A stretch of 64,000 nucleotides of DNA from Laetmonice hystrix (lineage: Eukaryota): positions 7,068,001-7,132,000 of the forward strand of contig OZ249446.1 in assembly GCA_965235115.1 (NCBI GenBank), written 5' to 3'. Under the pieces are notes generated by a model. It did not search any database. It saw nothing but the letters and a program-made list of their open reading frames with translations, and had not been told where the DNA came from. Positions 39,681 to 52,600 of this stretch are shown here, piece after piece (position 1 is the first letter of the stretch; each line of letters opens with the position of its first letter). Position numbers and translations under genes: made by a program.

Positions 39681-40997
39681 CTGTGGCACACGAAAATCAA
39701 ACACGTCTATTACAAGTTACTCCTCACGACATCTTATTTAACATGAGTTAACACCAACACAGAGGGGGGGGGGGGGTCGAGTAATCTGGACAGGGTAGGT
39801 CCATGGAATCTGGCAAAATTGGGGGTCCCACACGGATAATTCATAAAAAGAGAAAAATTGACGCCAAAAGGGATCCTGTTAAGTTAAGTTCAGCCTGAAG
39901 CGATAAACAATTGCATGTAGACGTGGTTGTCATCATACACCTTATTTTATCTACGAATAATGATTATGAAGTAATATGTAATATATTTCCGGTGAATGCA
40001 AGCACACATAACTGATAAAAACATCATTGTCCGCTTATAAATACATCTAGTGCACAATAATCCAAGACATTTATTTCTCCATTTGTTTGAATAATTTGGT
40101 CATTGCTTACCACTCAATCAGTGGGGCATCTAGATAAAAGGTTGAGAGTCGTTTGTTAGCCGGCAACTCGTTTCTTGGCCTACATGAAGATATGTATGCC
40201 CCCTAGCCCAAGTTAATGGCCCAAGGGCAATGTCAACTACCCGCCCAACTTCAAATGTCACTCGTCAAATCAGTGAACATGCAGGTCAGTGACCTTTATC
40301 AAAGGTTAATCTGGTTCAAGGTCATTTGGAGTTCACATATTACTCAGAATTATACTGCAGCCTGAAAACAATCTCTCTTAAATATGTAAAAATGTTTTCC
40401 TTTAGAAAGACGCCATGTAAGGTTTACTTTGGTTGCATTCTTGCCTCCCTTTCTTGTTTTTCCCATCGAGGAATGCGTACCAGACTCTGAGCCAGCCATC
40501 CATGCAGTCATGCTGAAGGCATTTGTGTTTTTCATTGCGGGTCAACAAAAACCACCAGAAATATTGACATTTCAATTTAAAAGGCAATATTACATGTGGG
40601 AAGGAATTAGAGACACTGCTACAAGACATCTTACAGAACTCTTCAAGTATGTTCATTTCACCTAAAAACATGGAATGCCACCGTCAGCCACACTTAAGTC
40701 ATCAGGTGCAGTAGTACCGTTTGGATTTCATAAAGATGGTACCATTAGTCACATTTACTTGTCATATTCGCTGAGAAAGATGTGACCAGAATTAATTTTT
40801 GATCGTTAGGACCTACTATTAAGACATCACCTTGGTTTCGACTTTAGTGTTGAAATAAGATTCCGCCTCTGGCGAGCCAGGGGAAAACATAGGCAGTGGA
40901 GATCGGAAGGCACGGCAAGTATGTCAGGCTTGAGACCTCATTGAGAACTCATGAAGCAGGAAATCGAACTTTTCCGGAAGACTGTTATTTACTCGGG

Positions 40998-41326
40998 CAG
41001 GCAGTTTAACCTCTCAGAACGACAGTACTGACCTTTGGTAGGCCTATATTGTATGGTCAGAGGGCACGACAGGCAGTTTGACCTCTCAGAACGATAGTAC
41101 TGACCTTTGGTAGGCCTATATTGTATGGTCAGAGGGCACGACAGGCAGCCTACCCTCTCAGAACGACAGTAAGGACTTTTGGTAGGCCTATATTGTATGG
41201 TCAAAGGGCAAGACAGGCAGCGTAACCTCTCAGGACGACAGTAAGGACTTTTGGTAGGCCTATATATTGTATGGTCAAAGGGCACGACAGGCAGCCTAAC
41301 CTCTCAGCACGACAGTAAGGACTTTT
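40998..41326. repeat. 72-bp tandem repeat, about 4.5 copies
   Basis: caggcagtttaacctctcagaacgacagtactgacctttggtaggcctatattgtatggtcagagggcacga; next unit starts at 41070. Confidence 0.94.
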
Positions 41327-44300
41327 TGAAGGTTGGCAGCCGATGACATGGGTCAGCACACAGCTCACCCTCGACATGAGTCACACGATATAGGCCTACA
41401 TCCCCTCTGCCAGTCAGCCTCAAAGTCAGGCAAGTTAAACGCTATCCATTCCAATATTAGTAGGAAATATTTTAGAGTTGTCATAGTTTCCCTTTCTTCT
41501 TCCCGCTGCCCTTGGCCTGATCTCATGCTTTCCTGACGCGACATATATTCTTTAGCTGGTCACCCCTGGCGGCAAAACACAACACGTGCCATCATAGATC
41601 ACGTGGTCACCACCACAACACCACAACAGCCTCTCCGCTATTACCCTTCTAAATATTGTTGCCCCAAACACCGCCAGCAAACGTCGGAGATCATCCTCAT
41701 CTCCCCCGTGACACGTTCCAACAGGTGTTCCCTGCTCGATCATCTCACTCAGTACTTCAGGGGTCTGCCGTCCCATAATGCTTTGCTCGTGTTTGTCAAC
41801 AGTCACGTGATCATGTCGGGACGCCATCCCGCAGTTCTAACGGTGCCAGCTTTGGTGTCCATTTCTCCACCAAACGCTGTCTCTCCCTTTGATCCAAAAA
41901 ATCTTTTCACTCTACGTCAGCCTTCTCAATGATGTTCAAAATACGGTAGTGTGCAGTAACCATAGTTACACGTAACCGTAGTAAAAGTTACAATGAGTGA
42001 CAAGATGATGAACTACACACATTGGCGAAGGAGTCACCTTGCGGGGTGTTGAATCCAGTGGCAATCCCAGCTTGTTGCTGAAGGAAAAAAGATTCTGGTG
42101 GACTTTGTTTTTAGGCCTAGACAACTACGCACGATTTATTTAATTCAGAACAAGTAGGTCATCCCTCTGACTCTCGGTCTTCAAGAAAATACCAGACCTA
42201 CAAAAGGATAACTCTAGTCTAAGCCCTATACCCTCTTTGTGGATTGACTGTGGGGTATCTATAGTAGGTTATAGGCCTATATTCTTACATGAATAAATGA
42301 GTCATTAGGAAGAGGGACCACTGAGACAAGACCGGTCAGACTATGCCTAGTCATAGGCCTACAGGCCCAGCCCGGAGCCCTAGCTAACACAAACCAATAT
42401 CTAGGCCCTAAGCCTCCTTCCGTTGGCCTGGAAGTCCTCACCTGGTGAGAAAAGAATTTAACATTAATTCTGGTTCAAAAGGAGGTCAAATACTGGTGAC
42501 CTTTGGAGATAATAAGCGAACTTTATAATATGAAGCCGTCTGAACCGAAATGTCAGCCAGACTGACCTCGTACTGTGATGTCACCAGGGACCATATCACA
42601 GCCTCACTCTGGCTCATCTCGAGCCTTATCGGCCAGCTGCGGGTTTTTGCGAGAACTTGACGCCCAGTTTGAGCCGGGGAGCACGCCGTCCCTACGACCC
42701 CCACCGACTGGGGTGTAGGTACGCAGCCTACACCCTTGAACCTCGCAGCATGCCGTGGGCCGCTCCACTCAGCCCCAAGTACTCAGTCACGCCAGTAATT
42801 CACCCTTCCCACCTCCATATCACTGATCCACCCCACTCCACCTTTTTTCGAGGGGGGGGGGCGTGATCTCCTAAAATATGGAATTGAACATATGCCCCTA
42901 TCTTTCCCGTGTAACAAAGTGAACCCCACAATGCCTTTCTCAGGCCCTGACTGATTATGTTCAAAATTACTTTCAGTTGGAGAGTAAAAGGTGCACACAT
43001 CGACACAGAGACAGAAACACTGCCGTGAAGAGCCGATTCTAATAGATGAAGGCTGGCTGCCGCTGCTGGGAGGAAGTACTACAAAATGATGATTTCCATC
43101 CAGGTCGAACCCTCCCCCCCCCCCCCGGAAAAAGCTGGCTACACCCATGTACCATATCACTTTCCTGAACCCTACAATACATGTATGCTCTCCCGTTGTC
43201 TCCATGGAGATCATGTAATGATTATACAGACAAGGTTATATATCAATGTTATACGAGATCATGGCGCACAATATGCTAAATAACCCCGGTATACACCCCT
43301 GTGACACACGACCTGGGTTCTGTACGGCAGGGGTTGGGGTAAACCCGAGCACCCCTCAACCCCCAGGCCGACATGGACCCTCAACAGGTCCAACATGGTC
43401 GGCAGGGGGTCAGGGTAACCAGAAACGTTAAGTTCCACGAAGGTACACGGTTTCCTTTTTATTACTGACTTATAGATGTACATGTATAATCATTTTAAAT
43501 GTGATCTCTGGTGAAGCAAAAGAAAAAACACAACGTTCTATAATGCTTTTAGAACTAAATACATGTGTATACAACATTCTCCTTTTGCTACTGACAATAA
43601 CATAGACATTGGCCCTACTTCACCAGAATCCTGGGCGTGCTCCATTCCCATCCTTGATTAGACAGCATTCTACCTTTTAATCTAAAAATGATTGCTATAA
43701 AATAAAGTAGGGCAAAGATCACTTGAGGGAGACTTGAGAGTATGCCCCTTTCTTTGATCAAATATGAAGTGACCTAACAGAGCAGAGGACAGCTTTGATG
43801 TAACTCACAAAAAGGATTTACACAAAGTTATGAGACAGAAGACAGCAAAAAACGAGAATAGGATTTAAAGAGGTTGAACTGAAACACGTCATCCAGGTAA
43901 AGAGCCATGCCGAGTCCAGCCACCTGACCCTTAATGAGAGTCCACCTAGGGGACATGACCCCTGAGGTCATTAAACTTCAGACCGGGCCACTATGAGGTG
44001 AGCTGATGTATACGTCATTGGTAGTTGGCAGGCTGATTGGGAGTTGGCAGTCAGACATTGGTCAGACAGATGGGTATACGTTTGTACTCACTTTCACTGC
44101 TGCCACTGATATTCATTTTACCAACTCTATACCTATGTCAAGGCTCTTTTCTTCAGAGGAAACGCACAGAATAATTTAATCGCAACCGCCCACAGTTTCC
44201 CTTGTCTTTGTCAATTTTTATTTCAGTATTTCTGAAAAATAAATGGGCCCCTTTCAGTATATGGTAATAAGGTTGTTGCCCTACAGATAAATGCCTGCAT

Positions 44301-45158
44301 ACGCAGACCTGTAAAGGATTCAATCCTTTGAGAAATGTTCGTCACGTCACTACACCACTGACTCCATGAAGAGCAATGACTTTTTCAGCCAGACAATATT
44401 CGTCCCTGAAGGTGTCGTCTGAGTATCGAGTCTATGATCTGAGGAAACCCATACGTTGGACTCCCTCTTAAAGGGGTGTCCTAGTGACGCCATTCATTGG
44501 CTAAAACATCCAGGTTCTCAGCAAACCTGCTCAAAACAGAAATGGACAAGATATTAACCAGCAAAAGGCTCCAAAAGAAAGTGGGACGTGAAACGCCGAT
44601 GGCAAAATTGTACCCTCTACTGAAAACTAACTTTTAAGATATAACGCTATAAACTAGGGTTGTTAAATGGGTCAGTGAGACGCTGTCAGAATCTGACTTC
44701 AGGTGGTATTACTCCCTAAGTAGAAACGCTAGCTCACACCCATTTTACACACCCATGCTCACACCCAAGGCAAGACTGAAAGCTGGGGTGAAAGGTATGA
44801 CTGATAATGTCGATAACATAGTTATCAGATCCACACACCTGGACACACCGGATACATCATGCATTTACCTGAGAATGCCACCACTGATGCTGGGTCATGG
44901 CCCGGGGGAGGGAAACGAAGGGTTCTTCCTTCTGATAGCTCAGTGATAGGGAAGGGCCTTTCAATGGTAGCGATAGTAAGGAGGGCTGTCCAGGATGATG
45001 GCGGGGGTAGTTGTAGTGGTGGTGGTTGGATAGGACCTTTCGGATCCCCTGTCGGGTGCCCTCATCGGGATCTTAAATTCTTGGATAGCCCTTACCAAAT
45101 ACTTCCCCTCCAACACCTGATTGTTTCAAACAAGTTCTGCCTTCTGTCCGATTTTCAG

Positions 45159-45237
45159 ACGTGGCCAATTTTCCTTAGGAAAACTAAGCAGAAAGTGGCG
45201 CGTTCTAAAAATCGATCATATTCGTCTAGCCTGAAGC
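45159..45237 (+). mobile_element. Short dispersed repeat, copy 1 (acgtggccaattttcc...ttcgtctagcctgaagc)
   Basis: About 79 bp, closely similar to 46205-46283. Confidence 0.7.
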
Positions 45238-45344
45238 CTCGGCCTGAACTCCCGCCACTCAGGTATGTGTAACCAAGTCCGACCACTTCAACATATGGCC
45301 AGGCGTACCACATCCCCATAAGCAAATCAGCCACATGCCGCCCA

Positions 45345-45347
45345 CTC

Positions 45348-45427
<80 letters not shown>
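45345..45427. repeat. (CT)n microsatellite
   Basis: Read directly. Confidence 0.99.
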
Positions 45428-46204
45428 CCAAATTGTATCAATCTGAAGTAACATATGTTTCTACAACTCCAAGCCATTTTTCATCTTTCATTTTAAGGAA
45501 GAGAGTAGAGATTAGCACGATAATTTCCTCGATGTTATCCCAACTTTATATATGGGGGTTATTTCACCTCTTTCACTGCAATAAAATCCTTTAAAAGTAA
45601 ACCTCAATTGAGTGAAAAAATGTCCAAGTAAATAAACCTAGGCAAAAAAATCTGCTCGAATGAGAAGGGGGCAAAAAAGATAATTTACACCTACACACAA
45701 TTATTTAATTGTTTTCGTCACTTTCATGATAATTTACCTATCACATATCCTTCATGCAAATTACAGGGGAGTCATCCGTTAAAAATGACCTTTACAAAGT
45801 TACTTTTTAACAATCCGTACAACACATCTCTTTGTGGTTTATGTAGACAAAGTTCTATTGTGCTAAAAGATGTCTAAGTTAAACGGTGCAGGGTCTTTCT
45901 TTCCAGCTACGATCCTTCACGACGATTGCATAGGACCAGGTATACTTAATCTTGTCGGTTTACACGTGCGCCACAGACAATCTTTCCAACTCAAGTGGAC
46001 AGACAAACAGCGGAGTAACACCTTCAACCAGCCTTATCACTCCTTCTCAACACCCCAGTGAGGAGTAGTCCAGCCCTGAGGTCAACCGGTCGCTCTCCAC
46101 TTGACCTCTGCTATCTGCTTGACCCACCCAAAAACAAACATTCAAAGAACACCTTAAATTTTCAAAACCGGAAGTCTTCCAATTACAGGCCAGTCAAAAT
46201 TACC

Positions 46205-46283
46205 ACGTGGCCAATTTTCCTCAGAAAACTAAAGCAGAAAGTGGCGCGTTCTAAAGATCGATCGCATTCGTCTAGCCTGAAGC
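46205..46283 (+). mobile_element. Short dispersed repeat, copy 2
   Basis: Direct copy of 45159-45237 about 1 kb downstream. A decayed inverted copy lies at 17209-17279. Confidence 0.7.
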
Positions 46284-48316
46284 GATTACATGTATAGGCC
46301 TACATGTGTTACTGAAGCAATATTTACTCGCCAAACAATTAGCACTTAAAATATGTATATCATTTTAAGATTGGCGTAGAAATGCATTTGTTGTAGAGAT
46401 CAATTTGATCTTGACAAGTGCTTGCGGAGTGGTTTCACCTGACAGGTATGTGACACCTTAAAGTACTCCACGTAGATTAACGACCCCGGGGGCACACCTC
46501 GACAGCGTCCCGTATTATTCACCCTCGGGGTTTTTCCCGACCATTTTTCCCTCTGATTTTCATGGAGCGGTACAAAGACCCGCGGGTAATTTTTTTAACA
46601 GGAAACAATGACAGTCTGTTTTTCAGTTTGTTTTTCTTTCCCCTGGAATGTAAGTATTGAGAAGATCAACGCTACCCACTAAACATCAGAAGAACAGGAG
46701 GGTTTGACCATGGTCTTTGATCGTTACACCACGGGGTTCCGTATAACCCATGACCACTATTACCAGCTTCATTACAAGTTACGATAGGAGCCGCTCTTCA
46801 AGAGCCCCACCAGGTGGCTCAGTAAAGCTACCATGTGAATATTTATTGCCTAGAAAAAGATAAAAAAGGAAATGACTTGATGAATATTTTAGGATATATG
46901 CCGTACCCTTTATGGCAGATCTGATTTTATTCCGACCCAAATAATGACGGACGTTATCTGTGTAATAGCTCAATTAAGTCTTTGATCATCTCAATCTACC
47001 ACACATTGAATGTTCTGACCCTGCAGTAGTTCATCATGCTGTCAGGCTTGATGAGATTACAGATTACTGGGTTACTATTTGAGAAGGCTGATAACCTGAC
47101 ACTATCAGACTACCACCAGACTGACTACTGATCACTTGTCGGCGGAAACATATCGTACGTCACATCTCCCTGACAACATCTCAAACAAATGACGCCAACT
47201 CTATCAGGTGACAAACGATCCGCTCTCACGAGGCAGACGCTGAACAGGTGAATAGATTTTTTTTTACATAATTTAAAAAACATTTAATAAACAATAATAT
47301 ACCTGGCTAAACTACACAAATGACCGCCGCCGTTCTATTTTATAAAGAGTTAAGGCCAATCTGTAGCTACAAGCTGGTATGCCAAACCAACGTCAAATAT
47401 ATTACCTGGAACAAATTGCTACTCCCCAGTGCCCACTGGGCCTGCACTTCTTCTAGAACAACTCGGTTCTTTTACATTTTCTACCTTTTCTGTAGAAGGA
47501 AAGTAATATGGAACGTAGAAACAGGTGACGGTGAAAAAGAAGCAGGCCAAGAACAGAGGAGGCCTGACTTCATGGCCCAGTTATAGTAAAAAGGCCTCTG
47601 GCAGTATGACATTACATTTCATCCTACATCAGATTCACCCTTGGAGTTTTACATGACCGCAGAGTGGCACGATTTTTAAGTAATAAACTCAGGCTGGCCC
47701 GTTAAGTCGTTTCCATTAGTTAATCATCGCTCAGCACAGATTAAAGAAAAAAGTGAAAGGCCTGGGATTTTTTAACCGCCCTTTAAATTGGACCTGTTTG
47801 AAACTACTTCAAGGGTTTGAGCCATCATTATAAAGTCAGGTAATCCAGGTGGAATATCCCATCAATAACAAAAAGCACCTAATTCAGACCTCCCCATCAT
47901 GAACACTGACTGAAGACGTCAATGGAATCACTTGAACCTGTTGGTCGCACCTGTACGTGCACGAGTTACCTTTGTGGACGCGTGTCAGGTATCCGGTAGA
48001 GGTCGCTAGTGTGAATCACTCACCTCATCATTACGAGTCACGTCACATCATCTCTGAATCCCACCTGTCCTACCAGCACCACTTAACCGCTTACCAACAC
48101 CATCAGGTCACTCAGCCTGAAAATCTCCCTCCTTCCATTCCATTAGCTCCCGGGTTTATCCCTCACCCCCGCCTCTTTTGTTTGCCCCTCTCAGGTAAGG
48201 AGGGGGTGGGGTGACCGTGAGGGGTGGGGGTTGGGGGTAGTGAGGCGACGCGCTAAGCGAATCACGTCTCTATTGTCCGCTGTGGGGCGTGTTCCTGCGT
48301 GAAACTCCCTCTTATA

Positions 48317-49690
48317 CCGCCTGGAAATCACACCAAAACTATCCAATACTACCCCAAACCACTACTACCCAATACTACTCCCACCGCCTGGAAATCACCT
48401 CAAAACTACCCAATACTACCCCAAACCACTACTACCCAATACTACTCCCACCGCCTGGAAATCACACCAAAACTACCCAATACTACCCCAACGTCCCCTC
48501 CCACCGCCTGGAAATCACACCAAAACTACCCAATACTACCCCAAACCACTACTACCCAATACTACTCCCACCGCCTGGAAATCACACCAAAACTATTCAA
48601 TACTACCCCAAACCACTACTACCCAATACTACTCCCACCGCCTGGAAATCACACCAAAACTATTCAATACTACCCCAAACCACTACTACCCAATACTACT
48701 CCCACCGCCTGGAAATCACACCAAAACTACCCAATACTACCCCAAACCACTACTACCCAATACTACTCCCACCGCCTGGAAATCACACCAAAACTACCCA
48801 ATACTACCCCAAACCACTACTGCCCAATACTACTCCCACCGCCTGGAAATCACACCAAAACTACCCAATACTACCCCAAACCACTACTACCCAATACTAC
48901 TCCCACCGCCTGGAAATCACACCAAAACTACCCAATACTACCCCAAACCACTACTACCCAATACTACTCCCACCGCCTGGAAATCACACCAAAACTACCC
49001 AATACTACCACAAACCACTACTACCCAATACTACTCCCACCGCCTGGAAATCACACCAAAACTATTCAATACTACCCCAAACCACTACTACCCAATACTA
49101 CTCCCACCGCCTAGAAATCACACCAAAACTACCCAATACTACCCCAAACCACTACTACCCAATATTACTCCCACCGCCTGGAAATCACACCAAAACTACC
49201 CAATACTACCCCAAACCACTACTGCCCAATACTACTCCCACCGCCTGGAAATCACACCAAAACTACCCAATACTACCCCAAACCACTACTGCCCAATACT
49301 ACCCCAACGTCCCCTCCCACCGCCTGGAAATCACACCAAAACTACCCAATACTACCCCAAACCACTACTGCCCAATACTTCTCCCACCGCCTGGAAATCA
49401 CACCAAAACTACCCAATACTACCCCAAACCACTACTGCCCAATACTACTCCCACCGCCTCAGTGGAAATCACACCAAAACTACCCAATACTACCCCAAAC
49501 CACTACTGCCCAATACTACTCCCACCGCCTCAGTGGAAATCACACCAAAACTACCCAATACTACCCCAAACCACTACTACCCAATATTACTCCCACCGCC
49601 TGGAAATCACACCAAAACTACCCAATACTACCCCAACGTCCCCTCCCACCGCCTGGAAATCACACCACTACTACGCCAACGTCCCCTCAA
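48317..49690. repeat. 67-bp C/A-rich minisatellite with shorter variant units, about 21 units
   Basis: ccgcctggaaatcacaccaaaactacccaatactaccccaaaccactactacccaatactactccca. A recurrent short unit ends in ...caacgtcccctccca. Confidence 0.97.
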
Positions 49691-52600
49691 ACTGCTCTCT
49701 CAATGGACCTTTCTGCATGTCTTATATTTTCTAAAAAAAAGTCACTCGATTTATGATCACTATAGCATTTTCACGTGGGATTTGAGATCTCAACACAGTC
49801 AGTCACATACGGCCCTGTCAGAATACTGATATCTGGCAATGTTACTCGGTATGATGGACATGGAGGCAAAAAATAGGGGGGGAAGGACATGGATATCTTG
49901 GATAACATAGCTCACAGAGCCACTGTGCCACGCAGTGTAATGCCGAAAGAATTGATCGAACTCCTATTGCCTACTGAAACCGTCAACAGAACCACTGTAT
50001 ATCAATGAGATCCAAGTTGCCGTACGAGAGAACATGATATTTTAAAACTCTCTAAGTATTTAAGTACGGTAAGGCAAAACAAGCCTTCTGGGTCACGAAA
50101 CGTAACACCGTAAGATTCAAAGCCCGAAAACCGTCAACATCAAGGGTGGGCTCCTACAATGATAGGCATTCACAATATTACAAACCCGATTGTATTCCTT
50201 GAGACTTCAGGCCGGTTGGACTTCAGAGAATTTAAAAGTACGATTCCGAATACACTGCCCACTGATGCGCCGTGCCTGGAGGCTTGGCTAATGGTCCATC
50301 CTAAATACTGCACGTAAAAACATCTCTCCTATTCTTATTCACTGACCTTCTTAGGTTATTCAAAACCACAAGTCTTTTACCTAATATCACTTACGGTATG
50401 GTAAGAATGCGCCTGACTGGTTCTGTTGTTGGCGCTGACAACTCAATGTTGAAGGCACCCAGGACAAGTTAGAACATATGGAAAGTGGACACACTGCAAG
50501 GAGTACTTCAGTAACCGCCATCCAAGTGCAAAACGTATTTCTCAGGTCATCGTATCCAAAATAGTTTTGACCTATAAAAACCTGGAAAAAGATTAGCACC
50601 TCTTTCAAGTGTAATCATTTATCATAAGTCGTATCTTCTCCTTAGCCAGCACTAAGTCAGTAGTTCTGTCTAAATTTTGTATGTGACATTGGAATAGTAT
50701 AATTGGTGCAATTTACATTTGAGGGAAGAATACGATAATCTTTCTATAAGTGGTGTTTGCCTTTGGGTGGTTGGTGAAATTGCTCAGCACATTCTTTATT
50801 CCTTATTATTCTAATTGAGTCATTTCTTTAAGCCACTTGAGCCAATTCAATTCGGGAAGCAAAGTTTCTTAAACTTTGTACTCTGACTGTTTCAAACAAA
50901 GCCCAAACAGAGAAACTATAATTATTTTATACATCCTGTTTCAATTTCGATCTTAGGATGCGCCCTAGACTTCGACCTGAATAAATATCGAGTGGATACC
51001 GACAAACCACGACTTTTGTCAAAAACTTTTTTTGTAATAAGCGCCAGTGTTGTTGCACATGACGACACAAGTACAGTTGCAATACAATACTGTTGTTTTC
51101 CTTTTGTTAAAGTTTCAGCCAACAGTACTAATGATCGAGTTGAAGACGGATAATGGAAAAAATAACAAAATTGAATGCCATTATCTGCTCACTTACACAT
51201 CACGGGCTGTTACAGTTACATCTGTTACGTCCTTCAAGTTACCGTCGACATGGCATCGCCATGGTAACCCAGCATTTCACTGACATCAACCACACAGGTC
51301 CCCATTCATCCTGGCTGGTATAAAATGCCCTAGAGGCAACCTTCCTTACCACCCTCGGGTGTATATTCCTCCAGGCGTAGGCTACATGGGGTTTAACCCT
51401 CCTCAGAAGGGGTGAGAGAGCAGATGGTAGGGGTAGGGTATGCGGACGCCGGGGACGGTCGTCAATGACGACCACATGTCGCACATGTCGGAGCTGTCAG
51501 TGCCAGACACTGCGGCCACTTCTCACAGTCTCTGTACAATACCGGCATAACGACCACAACAAGGCCACAATACCCACACCCTACACAATCAACTATATCT
51601 TCAATCTACATGACAGCACTTCACTAATACAACAGGACAGGCATTTACAGACAAGACCTGCCCCTGCTGTCTAATTAAATGTCACTTGATTGACAGCTTT
51701 CAGAATTACCCCAGTCAGCCTCTCATATGCGATCCACACCCCACACAACTCGCTTTCATCATAATACCGAATGTGACCCAGATTAAAGATATGGGCTACT
51801 GTCTCCCGTGCCATCATATCTGACATCAGTTACTTATAACTCTTTGACTATTGTTGTGGATGTAAAGGGTCCTGGCTCCCTGACAGACATCTCCCATGGC
51901 ATGGACATGCCTTGCAAGACATGCGGTCCCTTTTCTCCTTCAAAACGAAGAAATTGTAAGATTCGGCTAAAGCGCTCCTCTAAAAGTTCCCGCCATGATT
52001 TCTTGCTGAGATCAAAAAGTTAAATGCTACATCAAGATCAAAGGTTCGACCTAATTGCTCTTCTAGAGACCCGTCAAGGTCAAACGCTTCAAGTGTCAAC
52101 AGAGAACCAATTTGAAGAGCCCTCGACTGGGATGTTTCCCCAGTCAAACAACATTGGATTTGTGTCAGAAAACTTCTGACATGAGCGACACAGCAGATGG
52201 TCGTGGGGGGCGAGACTTGGCGAACTTGGCCGTGAGTTCTCATCAAAATGAGATAGAATTCGTCAAGGAGTGTTCATAAAAAGGATAAGAGAGCTTCATA
52301 TGAATAATGCAGAATCTAGCACCAAGTCTCCATTTGACGGGAATAGTAGGCCAAGACGCTCCATCTAACGGGATGATAACTGGGCCAGAAGTCTTCATGT
52401 ATAGGTAGCAGGATCTGACCAGAAGTTTACATGTAAAGGGGAAGGGGTTTGGCCATGACACTTTATCTGAAGAGGTCAGAAATTGGTCAGTAACCGGCGA
52501 TCTGGGCGTGTGAGGTAGACAGAGAAGTACTACATCAGTCTATGGTAGCTGACGTCCAGCGTCAAGTTCACAGTCAGAATCTGCCGGTGTGAAAGAAATC

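Noticed and set aside
42841-43135. Inverted T-run/G-run and C-run/A-run pair about 270 bp apart (possible MITE ends)
   Set aside because: Complementarity rests mostly on homopolymers; no TSD.
48289-49829. Pro/Thr/Tyr-rich 481-aa and 271-aa ORFs resembling adhesive or extensin-like proteins
   Set aside because: The 67-bp unit is not a multiple of 3 and cycles through frames; G-poverty explains the lack of stops.
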